From NCBI GenBank assembly GCA_965250285.1, contig OZ252299.1:6112001-6176000 (forward strand): a DNA stretch of 64,000 bases, read 5' to 3'. Positions 28,102-36,735 of the stretch are shown piece after piece (positions within the stretch are counted from its first letter, which is position 1; the number at the start of each line of letters is the position of its first letter). Origin of the DNA: Myxococcota bacterium. GTDB taxonomy: Bacteria; Myxococcota_A; UBA9160; UBA4427. Both the position numbers and the translations under genes were made by a program. Under the pieces are notes generated by a model. That model was not told where the DNA came from. It did no database searches and was given only the letters and a program-made list of their open reading frames with translations.

Positions 28102-30282
28102 ATGCTCCGCTTCAACGACATCGCCGACCGGATGATCGAGCAGAATCCGGGGACCGATCTGACGCTGCTGCAGAAGGCGTACGTCTTCAGCGCGAAGGTC
28201 CACGAGGGGCAGGAGCGCCTGAGCGGCGAGCCGTATCTCATTCATCCACTCGAGGTCGCCTATCTGCTCGTCGACATGCGCGTCGACGACGAGACGATCG
28301 CGGCCGCGCTGCTCCACGACACCCTCGAAGACACCCTGACGACGAAGGAAGAGCTCGAGAATCTCTTCGGACCCAAGGTCGCGTTCCTCGTCGAGGGCCT
28401 GACCAAGATCGCGAAGATCGAGTTCAAGAGCGCGCGCGAACGCCAGGCCGAGAACTTCCGCAAGATGCTGATCGCGATGTCGACCGACATTCGCATCCTG
28501 CTGATCAAGCTGGCCGACCGGCTCCACAACATGCGCACGCTCAAGTTCATGAGCGACGACGCGAAGCACCGCATCGCCCAGGAGACGATGGACATCTACG
28601 TGCCGCTGGCGCACCGCCTCGGCATCTACTGGATGAAGCAGGAGCTCGAAGCGCTGTCGTTTCGCGAGCTCCATCCGCACGTCTCCGAAGAGCTCGAGCG
28701 CCAGATTCGCGGCAGCCGCGAGGAGCGCGAGCAGTACGTCGAAGAGGTGATCGACACGATCTCGTCGAAGCTCGGGAGCGCCGGGCTCGAGGCCGAGGTC
28801 AGCGGGCGGCTCAAGGAGCTGTCTTCGATTCACAAGAAGATGCAGGCGCAGTCGCTCGCGCTGCATCAGATCTACGACATGATCGCGTTCCGCGTGGTGG
28901 TGTCGGGGGGCGACGCCGACTGCTACGCGGCGCTCGGGCTGATCCACTCGATGTGGGCGCCGGTGCCGGGGCGCTTCAAGGATTACGTCGCGCTGCCGAA
29001 GCCCAATGGCTACCGCTCGCTGCACACCACAGTGATCGGTCCCTACGGTGAGCGGATGGAGGTGCAGATCCGCACCGCCGAGATGCACGACGACGCCGAG
29101 TTCGGCATCGCGGCGCACTGGAAGTACAAGGAGGGGCTCGGCGAGAGCGGCTCGGACGAGCGGCGATTCGCCTGGCTTCGCGAGCTGCTCGAGCGGCAGC
29201 GCGAGGTGACGAACCCCGACGAGTTCCTCGATGCGGTCAAGATGGATCTCTTCCCCGCCGAGGTCTTCGTCTTTACGCCCCAGGGCGAGGTCTTGAACCT
29301 GCCCCGCGGCGCCACCGCGCTCGACTTCGCCTATGCGATCCACACCGAGATCGGCAATCAGTGCGTCGGCGCACGGGTGAACGGCAAGCAGGTCTCGATT
29401 CGTCACGAGCTGCAAGATGGCGACACCGTCGAGGTGCAGACCGACCCCTACCAGCAGCCGCGCAAGGACTGGCTCGACTTCGTTCATTCGAGCAAAGCGC
29501 GCAGCAACATCCGCCACGCGATCCGCGTCGTCGAACGCAATCGCGCCAGGCAGCTCGGTGAGGACATCCTGAACCGCGAGCTGCGACGCGCCGGCATCTC
29601 GCTCAAGAACGTGCGCGACAGCGGCGAGCTCGCGGCCGCCGCTTCGGCTGAGATCCGCGAAGGCACCGAGGATGATCTGTTCGCGGCGATCTCGTACGGC
29701 AAGCTCGCCGCCTCGAAGGTCGTGAAGCGCCTCAGGGGCGAGGCCGAAGACGAGCCCGAGGCGCAGGCCGCCGAGCGATCGAGCATGGTGCCGAGCCGGA
29801 TCCGCAACCTCTTCTCGCGGTCGCGCGAAGTGCCGGAGGGGTCGGGGATTCGGGTTTCGGGGCACAACGACGTGCTCGTGCGCATCGGCGGCTGCTGCGA
29901 TCCGCTGCCCGGCGACGAGATCGTCGGCTTCGTGACCCGCGGCCGCGGCGTCACGGTGCACAGTCGCGGGTGCCCGCGCACGTTCGAACTCGACACCGAC
30001 CGGCGCATCGACGTCGACTGGGACGATGGTCATGGGGTCGAACGGCGCACCAAGATTCGCGTCCACACCAAGGACGCGCCGGGCGTGCTGGCCAAGGTGA
30101 CCAATGCGATCTCTTCGGCCGGCATCAACATCGCCGGCGTCAAGGTCGAGACGGAGCCGAATGCCGTCCAGGTGACCCAGGATTTCGAGCTGTGGGTCGG
30201 CGACGCCAAGACGCTCACCGCCGTCATGCGCGAGATCCGCCGCGTGAAGGGCGTCGTCGGGGTCGAACGCGTCCGCGGCTGA
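28102..30282 (+). CDS. spoT: Bifunctional (p)ppGpp synthetase/hydrolase RelA/SpoT
   Basis: Intact HD motif (LLHDTLED), KLADRLHNMRTL, KPNGYRSLHT, EVQIRT, AAHWKYK, TGS, CCDPLPGD, ACT. Confidence 0.95.
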   Translation: MLRFNDIADRMIEQNPGTDLTLLQKAYVFSAKVHEGQERLSGEPYLIHPLEVAYLLVDMRVDDETIAAALLHDTLEDTLTTKEELENLFGPKVAFLVEGLTKIAKIEFKSARERQAENFRKMLIAMSTDIRILLIKLADRLHNMRTLKFMSDDAKHRIAQETMDIYVPLAHRLGIYWMKQELEALSFRELHPHVSEELERQIRGSREEREQYVEEVIDTISSKLGSAGLEAEVSGRLKELSSIHKKMQAQSLALHQIYDMIAFRVVVSGGDADCYAALGLIHSMWAPVPGRFKDYVALPKPNGYRSLHTTVIGPYGERMEVQIRTAEMHDDAEFGIAAHWKYKEGLGESGSDERRFAWLRELLERQREVTNPDEFLDAVKMDLFPAEVFVFTPQGEVLNLPRGATALDFAYAIHTEIGNQCVGARVNGKQVSIRHELQDGDTVEVQTDPYQQPRKDWLDFVHSSKARSNIRHAIRVVERNRARQLGEDILNRELRRAGISLKNVRDSGELAAAASAEIREGTEDDLFAAISYGKLAASKVVKRLRGEAEDEPEAQAAERSSMVPSRIRNLFSRSREVPEGSGIRVSGHNDVLVRIGGCCDPLPGDEIVGFVTRGRGVTVHSRGCPRTFELDTDRRIDVDWDDGHGVERRTKIRVHTKDAPGVLAKVTNAISSAGINIAGVKVETEPNAVQVTQDFELWVGDAKTLTAVMREIRRVKGVVGVERVRG

Positions 30283-30283
30283 C

Positions 30284-30547
30284 ATGGCTGACCCTTCCCG
30301 CATCGGCGTGTGCATCCCGACCCCGGGTTCGGTGCGCTTCGACCCGCGCGAAGTCTGCTCATGACCGCCCGCCCGCGCATCAGCGCGCGCATCCCGAGCC
30401 CGGGTTCGGTGCGCTTCGACTCGCGCGAGGTCTGCTCGTGACCGCCGGCCCCCGCGTCAGCGCGTGCATCCCGAGCCTGGGTTCGGTGCGCTTCGACTCG
30501 CGCGAGGTCTGCTCGTGACCGCCGGCCCCCGCATCAGCGCGTGCATC
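30284..30547 (+). repeat. 77-bp tandem repeat (3 full units plus 33 bp) encoding coupled 26-codon mini-ORFs
   Basis: Units start at 30284 (ATG), 30361 (ATG), 30438 (GTG) and 30515 (GTG, the GT2 start); each full unit reads 26 codons to a TGA overlapping the next start. Confidence 0.9.
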
Positions 30548-31300
30548 ATGGCTGCGGACGACGCCGAGGGGCTCGAACGCTGCGTGAAGGCGCTGCCCTT
30601 CGTCGACGAGATCTGCGTGCTGCTCGACGCCCGCCACGGTGACGCCTGCGCGGCGGTCGCCGAAGCCCATGCCCACCGCATCGAGCGCCACGCCTACGCA
30701 GGCGACGTCGATCAACGTTCGCGCTCGCTCGACATGGCGACGGGGGACTGGGCGCTCGCGCTCGACCCCGACGAGGTCGTGAGCGCGCCCCTGGCCGAAG
30801 AGATCGTGCACGCCGTGCTCGCTGCGCCGCCCGGCGTCGACGGCTTCGAGCTCGACCGCGTGACGTGGCACCTCGGCCGCTGGATCGAGCATGGCGACTT
30901 CCATCCCGACTGGAAGCTGCGCCTGGTCCGCAGTGATCGGGCGCGGGTCGTCGGGCTCGACCCCCACGGCCGCATCGTGGTCGACGGGCGCGTCGAGCGG
31001 CTGCGCGGCCGCCTCGAGCACTACAGCTACCGCGACCTCGCCGATCAGGTGCAGCGCATGGTCTTCTTTTCGGGCGAGGCCGCGCGGGCGCTGCACGCGC
31101 AAGGACGGCGCGCCGGCTTCTCGCATCTCGCGCTGCGTCCGCTCTGGCGCTTCTTTCGGGGCTACGTGCTGAAGCAGGGCTTTCGCGATGGCTGGCCGGG
31201 CTTCATCGTCGCCGCGGTGACCAGCTTCTACGTCTTCCTCAAGTACGCGCGGCTCTGGGAGCTCGGCCGCCGGCGCCGGGAGCTCGGCCGCCGGCGCTGA
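30515..31300 (+). CDS. Glycosyltransferase family 2 (WaaE/KdtX-like LPS core beta-glucosyltransferase)
   Basis: RISACI, DEICVLLD, DWALALDPDE, HYSY, FFRGYVLKQGFRDGWPGF, YVFLKYA; GTG 30515 with GAGGT SD. Confidence 0.85.
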   Translation: MTAGPRISACIMAADDAEGLERCVKALPFVDEICVLLDARHGDACAAVAEAHAHRIERHAYAGDVDQRSRSLDMATGDWALALDPDEVVSAPLAEEIVHAVLAAPPGVDGFELDRVTWHLGRWIEHGDFHPDWKLRLVRSDRARVVGLDPHGRIVVDGRVERLRGRLEHYSYRDLADQVQRMVFFSGEAARALHAQGRRAGFSHLALRPLWRFFRGYVLKQGFRDGWPGFIVAAVTSFYVFLKYARLWELGRRRRELGRRR

Positions 31301-33206
31301 GCTCGCCTTTCGCGATCCCCGTCAGCTCGCGGAAGCGGGCGCTGCGGGCCGCCACGTCGGCCACGGTTCCGTCTTCGACGATGCGCCCGCCGTCGAGCAG
31401 CAGCACCCGGTCGGCTCGGCGGATCGTCGACGTGCGATGGGCGACGACCAGGACGATGCGCTCCCCCCGGAGCCGCTCGATCGCATCCTGCACCAGGCGC
31501 TCGGTTTCGACGTCGAGTGCGCTCGTCGCTTCGTCGAAGACGAAGATGCGTGCATCGCGCAGCAGCGCGCGCGCCACGGCGATGCGCTGCCGCTGTCCGC
31601 CGGACAGGCGCAACCCGAGCTCTCCGAGGCGCGTCTCCGCGCCTTCGGGCAGCGCGCGCGCGAAGTCTTCGACCCGCGCGGCCCGCATCGCCGCGCGTAC
31701 GTCGGCTTCACTGGCGTCCGGTCGCCCGTAGCGGACGTTGTCGACGAGGGTCGCGTCGAAGAGGAAGGGCTCCTGGCTGACGAGCGCGATCGACTCGCGC
31801 AGTGCGTCTCGTCGCAGCGCCCGCACGTCGACGCCCGCGACCGAGATGCCGCCCGCGTCGACGTCGTGGAACCGCAGCAGCAGGTCGACGAGGGTCGTCT
31901 TGCCTGCGCCACTCGCGCCGACGAGCGCGACGACCTCGCCCGGGGCCAGGCGGAACCGCACGCCCTCGAGCAGCGCGCGGCCGTCGGGGCGTGGCGTGTG
32001 GGTGAACGAGACGTCGTCGAAGTGCACGTCGATCGGCCCTGCGGGCAGCGGCCGCGCGTCGGGGGCGTCGGCCGTCTCTTCGGGCGCGTCGAGCACCGCG
32101 AAGAAGCGCCGCGCCGACGCGAGGTGTTCGATCAGTCGCCCGTGCGCGCGCGCGAGATTCTTGACCGGCTTGTAGGTGGTGGCGAGCACCGTGGCGAACG
32201 CGGCGATGTCGCCCGTCGTCAGGCCGAAGCGTCCGCGTAGGACGAGGCCGGTGCCGATCACCAGCACGGCGATGCCGGCCGCGCTGTTCAGCGCTTCGAC
32301 GAGCGCGCGCGAGAGCACGCGGCTGCGTGCGACCCGCATGTCGTGGCGAAAGAGTCGGTCGGTCTCGGCATCGAACGACCGGGTCTCGGTGTCTTCGGCG
32401 CCGAAGGCCTTGATGATCTTGATGCCGCTCACGATGGCGAGCAGGCGCCCGGTGACCTCGCCGAGCTGGCTCTGGCGGCGCTCGGCGCTGCGCTGGATGC
32501 GTCGGCCGAACGCGATGACGAGCCAGGCGAGCGGCGGCGCGACGACGAGCGAGAGCAAGGTGAGTGGCACCGAGATGTACAGCAGCGTGCCGACGCCGAT
32601 CACGAGCATCGTCAGGCCGAGCAGGATCTGCTGGAAGACGAGATCGAGTGCGCCGGCCGCGGCGTCGGTGTCGGCGAGGGCCCGCGTCAGCGTGTCGCCC
32701 GAGCGTGCGTCGACATGTGCGGCCAAGGGCAGTCGCAACAGCTTGCGCGCAACGTCGCGCTTCAGGTCGATGGCGATGTGCGCGAGCGCGTACTCGGTCA
32801 GATACGTGCGGCCAAAGAGCGCGATCGGCGTCAGCACGACGATCACGAGCGCCGCGAGCAGCAGCTGGGCGAGGGCTTCGGTGACCGACCCGGGCGGGCG
32901 CCCGCCCGCGGCCTCGGACGGCGCGAGCCACTCGGCCAGGCGCACATGGAGCCCGGCCGCGACGTCGGTGTCGGGGGCCGGGGGGCCCTGCGCGGCGCTC
33001 GGCGGCGCCGAGGTCTCGACGACGGGGATCAGCACGCCGTCGAGGAGGGGCTTGGTCAGGTAGGCGCGGCCGTAGCGGCCCGCCGAGAACACGATCGTGC
33101 ACGCGAACGCGATCAGCAGCAGTGCGAGAAAGGGCCTCGCCCAGGCGAGCAGCCGACGCAGGGTGGCGACGTTGCCGGCCGCGACCTGCGGCGTGGCGCC
33201 GGCCAT
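31239..33206 (-). CDS. MsbA-like ABC exporter (fused TMD-NBD)
   Basis: Six-TM domain, GIKIIKAFG, GASGAGKTT, SQEPFLF, LSGGQRQR, FDEATSALD, AHR; ATG at 33206; adjacent to LPS genes. Confidence 0.85.
   Translation of the reverse strand: MAGATPQVAAGNVATLRRLLAWARPFLALLLIAFACTIVFSAGRYGRAYLTKPLLDGVLIPVVETSAPPSAAQGPPAPDTDVAAGLHVRLAEWLAPSEAAGGRPPGSVTEALAQLLLAALVIVVLTPIALFGRTYLTEYALAHIAIDLKRDVARKLLRLPLAAHVDARSGDTLTRALADTDAAAGALDLVFQQILLGLTMLVIGVGTLLYISVPLTLLSLVVAPPLAWLVIAFGRRIQRSAERRQSQLGEVTGRLLAIVSGIKIIKAFGAEDTETRSFDAETDRLFRHDMRVARSRVLSRALVEALNSAAGIAVLVIGTGLVLRGRFGLTTGDIAAFATVLATTYKPVKNLARAHGRLIEHLASARRFFAVLDAPEETADAPDARPLPAGPIDVHFDDVSFTHTPRPDGRALLEGVRFRLAPGEVVALVGASGAGKTTLVDLLLRFHDVDAGGISVAGVDVRALRRDALRESIALVSQEPFLFDATLVDNVRYGRPDASEADVRAAMRAARVEDFARALPEGAETRLGELGLRLSGGQRQRIAVARALLRDARIFVFDEATSALDVETERLVQDAIERLRGERIVLVVAHRTSTIRRADRVLLLDGGRIVEDGTVADVAARSARFRELTGIAKGELSAGGRAPGAGGRAPRAART
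31257..31297. repeat. 21-bp-period tandem duplication inside the GT2/MsbA tail-to-tail overlap
   Basis: GGGAGCTCGGCCGCCGGCGC at 31257 and 31278. Confidence 0.85.
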
Positions 33207-34603
33207 CAGCCCAGCTCGTCGGCCAGCGCGTCGCCGCCGCGCCATCCGAGCAGCAGGTCGCCCTCGACGCCGAGACCGGCGACGCTGGCGCGATCGAGTC
33301 TAAACACCCGAGCCTTCGCATCGAGACGCAGGTCGACTTCGGTGGGCCAACCCTCGCTGCCGACCGGGTCTTCGAGCCAGTCGTCATCGTCCCATCGCGG
33401 CGCCTTGATCTCGCGCTGCTCGAGTCGGCCCTCGCTGAACGGCATCAGCTCGTGGATGCGTTCGAGCATCTCGTCCCGCGCCTCGACCTCGCTGGTGCCG
33501 TCGGGCACGCGCATCCGGGCGACGAGATCGACGCTCGCGCCGCCGTCCGGGTCGGGGCTCGCGTTGAGGGTCATCAGGCGATCGCTCGGCCCGGCCGCCC
33601 CGGGTTCGCGGAGCATCACGACGCGCGGGCACATGCCCTGGGGCAGCAGCTCGGGCGTCGTGCGCAGGTGCAGCCGCGCGCGGTTCGCGTGGGGTCTCGG
33701 CGCCCCGAGCAGCGATTTCGCGAGCTTCGGCTCGAGCAGCGGCGCGAGCGCGCTCGGCGGTGCGCCGACGACGAGCATGCGCGCGACCCACAGCTCGCCC
33801 GACTTCGTCTGGCGCACGGCGGGGTCGCCGTTCAGCGAAACGAACTCGAAGTTCTGGCCCAGGGTGCGGAACTCGCCGTAGACCGACTCGACGCGTCGGC
33901 GCAGCAGGCCGTGCAGCCAGGGCGGCGCATCCTGGAAGCCCGCGCCGCCCGCGAGGCCTGCGCCGACGAGTCGCGCGCGGGCTTCGGGCGAGGGCGCGGT
34001 GAGGCCGAGGTTCGACATCGAGGTCGAGAGCGCATCGAGGAGCGGCGCGAGCGCGGGCTCGGGCTGTGCGAGCTCGCTCGGCAGCCCGCGAACGGACGCG
34101 CCGCTCGCGGTCAGGCGCGGCCGTCCGATGCGGCGCGCGAGCCGCACGACCGGGCTGTCGAGCATGACCTCGCGTTCGGCCTCGCTCGCCTCGACCATGC
34201 GTCGGCTGAGCGTGCCGGCCTGCTCACGATCGCAGAAGCCCCAGGCCACCAGCTCGCGCGCCGTGACGCCCGGCCCGCCGAGGTCGAAGCGCACCTTGGG
34301 CGACACCACCTGCAGGGCCACGCGTTCGTTCGCGATTCGGCGCTGGTCGATGAGCGGCACCTTGAGGTCGCGCAGCAGCAGGTCGACGACGCCCTCGTCG
34401 CGGACGCCCGTGAGGCAGAACGGCTCGCGCAGGGCCGGGTGCAGCGCGGCGGTGCGATCCTCTTCGACGACGAGGGTGCGGTGGCCGGCGAGGCCGAGTC
34501 GGATCGCGGCGACCAGCGACGAGATGCCGCTGCCGAGCACGATGGCGTCCCAGCGGCGGGCCCGGTGGTGCTCGGCCTGGGGGAGGGCGGGAAGGCCAGC
34601 CAT
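33206..34603 (-). CDS. FAD/NAD(P)-binding oxidoreductase-like protein (phytoene-dehydrogenase-like N-terminus), function unknown
   Basis: WDAIVLGSGISSLVAAIRLGLAGHRTLVVEE dinucleotide-binding motif; C-terminal GLGVEGDLLLGW. Confidence 0.65.
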   Translation of the reverse strand: MAGLPALPQAEHHRARRWDAIVLGSGISSLVAAIRLGLAGHRTLVVEEDRTAALHPALREPFCLTGVRDEGVVDLLLRDLKVPLIDQRRIANERVALQVVSPKVRFDLGGPGVTARELVAWGFCDREQAGTLSRRMVEASEAEREVMLDSPVVRLARRIGRPRLTASGASVRGLPSELAQPEPALAPLLDALSTSMSNLGLTAPSPEARARLVGAGLAGGAGFQDAPPWLHGLLRRRVESVYGEFRTLGQNFEFVSLNGDPAVRQTKSGELWVARMLVVGAPPSALAPLLEPKLAKSLLGAPRPHANRARLHLRTTPELLPQGMCPRVVMLREPGAAGPSDRLMTLNASPDPDGGASVDLVARMRVPDGTSEVEARDEMLERIHELMPFSEGRLEQREIKAPRWDDDDWLEDPVGSEGWPTEVDLRLDAKARVFRLDRASVAGLGVEGDLLLGWRGGDALADELG

Positions 34604-34724
34604 CCAACGCTCCTCTCTCTTGGCTATTGGGCTCGTTTCTTCGACTCGCTTCCCTGTGCGGCACGATGGGCTGCGGCCGTCGCACCGGCGTGGTCGTGAG
34701 CGTCGCGCGGTCGAGGCTGAACCG

Positions 34725-35837
34725 CTACTCGGCCCTCATGCACCCGGGATCGATGACCATCGCGGGCTCGCCGTCCTGGCGGCGTTCGATCACGCCGATC
34801 TTGTAGGCGCGCTCGCCGAGCCCCTGCAGTCGCTGGATGACGTCTTCTTCGTCATCGGCTGCGACGACCAGGATCATGCCGATGCCGCAGTTGAACACGC
34901 GCAGCATCTCGCTCTCGGGCAGCTCGCCCGCCTCGCGGATCCAGCCGTAGACCCCCGGGCGCGGCCAGGCCTCGGTGTCGATGCGGGCCGTGACCGTCGC
35001 GGGCAGAATGCGGGGCACATTGCCCTCGAAGCCCCCGCCGGTCACGTGGACCATCCCGTGCACGGTGAAGTCGCGCAGGACGTTGAGCAGCGGCTTCACG
35101 TAGATGCGCGTCGGCGCCAGCAGCTCGCTCGCCACCGAGCCCTTGAGCAGCGGATGCTCGCCGAACAGCTCGACCTTGCCGGCGGCGATGCTCGCGTCGA
35201 GCACGCTCCGCACCAGCGAGTAGCCGTTCGAGTGGAAGCCGCTCGAGGCGATGCCGATCAGCGCATGCCCCTCGCTGATCGTCGAGCCATCGATCACGCC
35301 GTCGCGTTCGACCACGCCGACGCTGAAGCCGACCATCTCGAGTTCGCCTTCGCCGTACATGCCGGGCATGGTCGCGGTCTCGCCGCCGAGCAGCGCGCAA
35401 CCGGCGCGCTTGCAGCCCTCGGCGAGGCCCCGGAGGGCGTCGGCTGCTCGCGCCTTGTCGAGCTTCCCCATGGCGAGGTAGTCGAGAAAGATGATGGGCT
35501 CGGCGCCCTGCACGATGAGGTCGTTCACGACCATGGCGACGCAATCGATGCCGACCGTGTCGTAGCGGCCGATCTGCTGGGCGAGCTTGAGCTTGGTGCC
35601 CACGCCGTCGGTCGCCGCGACGAAGATCGGCTCCTTGTAACGCTCGGGCGCCTTGAACATCCCAGCGAAGCCGCCGATCGACGACAGCACCTCGGGCCGG
35701 AACGTCGAGCGCGCGATCCCCTTCACGTCGTCGATGAACGACTCGTCGTGGTCGAGGTCGACGCCCGAGGCTGCGTAGGCCGGCGCGGTCGAGGGGTTCG
35801 TCGTCTCGGAGTCTTCGCGGGGGTCGTCGGAGGGCAC
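34725..35837 (-). CDS. purM: Phosphoribosylformylglycinamidine cyclo-ligase
   Basis: YAASGVD, IGGFAG, TDGVGTK, GIDCVAMVVND, GGETATMPG, SSGFHSNGYSL, HVTGGG, FNCGIG; GTG start at 35837. Confidence 0.95.
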   Translation of the reverse strand: MPSDDPREDSETTNPSTAPAYAASGVDLDHDESFIDDVKGIARSTFRPEVLSSIGGFAGMFKAPERYKEPIFVAATDGVGTKLKLAQQIGRYDTVGIDCVAMVVNDLIVQGAEPIIFLDYLAMGKLDKARAADALRGLAEGCKRAGCALLGGETATMPGMYGEGELEMVGFSVGVVERDGVIDGSTISEGHALIGIASSGFHSNGYSLVRSVLDASIAAGKVELFGEHPLLKGSVASELLAPTRIYVKPLLNVLRDFTVHGMVHVTGGGFEGNVPRILPATVTARIDTEAWPRPGVYGWIREAGELPESEMLRVFNCGIGMILVVAADDEEDVIQRLQGLGERAYKIGVIERRQDGEPAMVIDPGCMRAE

Positions 35838-35997
35838 GCGGCATGGATAGGGGACCGGCAGCGAGGCTGTCAATCTCCGCGGTGCCGCTGGGCCTCGGGG
35901 CTTCTCCTGGGCCATGCGCGCTTCAGCGCGACGAGGGCCGCCGGGTTGCGCAAATGGCGCGCCGCCGGGCTGCTAGCATCGCTCGGATGGGACGGCG

Positions 35998-36735
35998 ATG
36001 AGTTCGGCGGATGCCATCGCGGTGGTGATCCCCGCGCTCGACGAGGCCGAGAGGGTCGGTCGCGCCGTGGCGAGTGCGCTCGAGGGGGCCACGGACGGGC
36101 CGGCTCGCGAAACGGGCGAAACCGCAGAGACCGAGGGGCTTCGCGATTTCGTGGACGTGTGGGTGGTCGACGGCGGCAGCCGCGACGCCACCGTCGCGGA
36201 GGCGCGCCGGGCCGGCGCCCGCGCGATCGCAGTCGAGGCGGGTCGGGGCCGGCAGCTCGACGCGGGCTGGCGAGCGACGTCGGCCGACGTCGTGCTCTTT
36301 CTGCACGCCGATACGCGACTGCCGCCGCGCTGGCGCGAGGGCGTCCGATCGGTGCTCGAGGATGTGACGGTGGCCGGCGGCGCCTTCCGGTACGGCGTCG
36401 ACGAGCGCGGCGCGGCATGGCGCTTGCTCGAATGGGGAGTGGCTTTGCGGGTGGGTCTGTTCAAACTGCCCTATGGCGATCAGGCGATCTTCGTCCGCCG
36501 CCGCGTGCTCGCGGCGGCCGGGGGAGTGCCCCACGTGGCGATCCTCGAGGATCTGGACCTCGTGCGCCTGATCAAGCGCCATGGCCGGCTCGCGATGTTG
36601 CCCCAGTCGGTCACGACGTCGGCGCGACGCCACCGCGGCCAGTGGCTGGCCACGCTCTCGCGCCATGCGCTCGCGCTCGCGGGCTTCTTTCTCGGCGTCG
36701 ACCGGGCGTGGCTCGCGCGGAGGGTCCGACCGTGA
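35998..36735 (+). CDS. GT2 glycosyltransferase, TIGR04283-like family
   Basis: VVIPALDEA, VVDGGSRDAT, GRGRQLDAG, LFLHADTRLP, LPYGDQAIFV, ILEDLDLV, VTTSARR. Confidence 0.85.
   Translation: MSSADAIAVVIPALDEAERVGRAVASALEGATDGPARETGETAETEGLRDFVDVWVVDGGSRDATVAEARRAGARAIAVEAGRGRQLDAGWRATSADVVLFLHADTRLPPRWREGVRSVLEDVTVAGGAFRYGVDERGAAWRLLEWGVALRVGLFKLPYGDQAIFVRRRVLAAAGGVPHVAILEDLDLVRLIKRHGRLAMLPQSVTTSARRHRGQWLATLSRHALALAGFFLGVDRAWLARRVRP

Noticed and set aside
30284..30547. CRISPR array (44-bp constant part alternating with 33-bp variable part)
   Set aside because: The apparent spacers are homologous to each other and to the GT2 5' end, and no cas genes are present; this is a tandem repeat.
30284..30547. 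Diversity-generating retroelement template/variable repeats
   Set aside because: Differences between copies are not confined to adenines and there is no reverse transcriptase in the window.
33999..36731. 1535-aa ORF as an extended ABC transporter
   Set aside because: The upstream part is the antisense shadow of the oxidoreductase and purM and overlaps the GT2 in another frame; the real start is GTG 36732.
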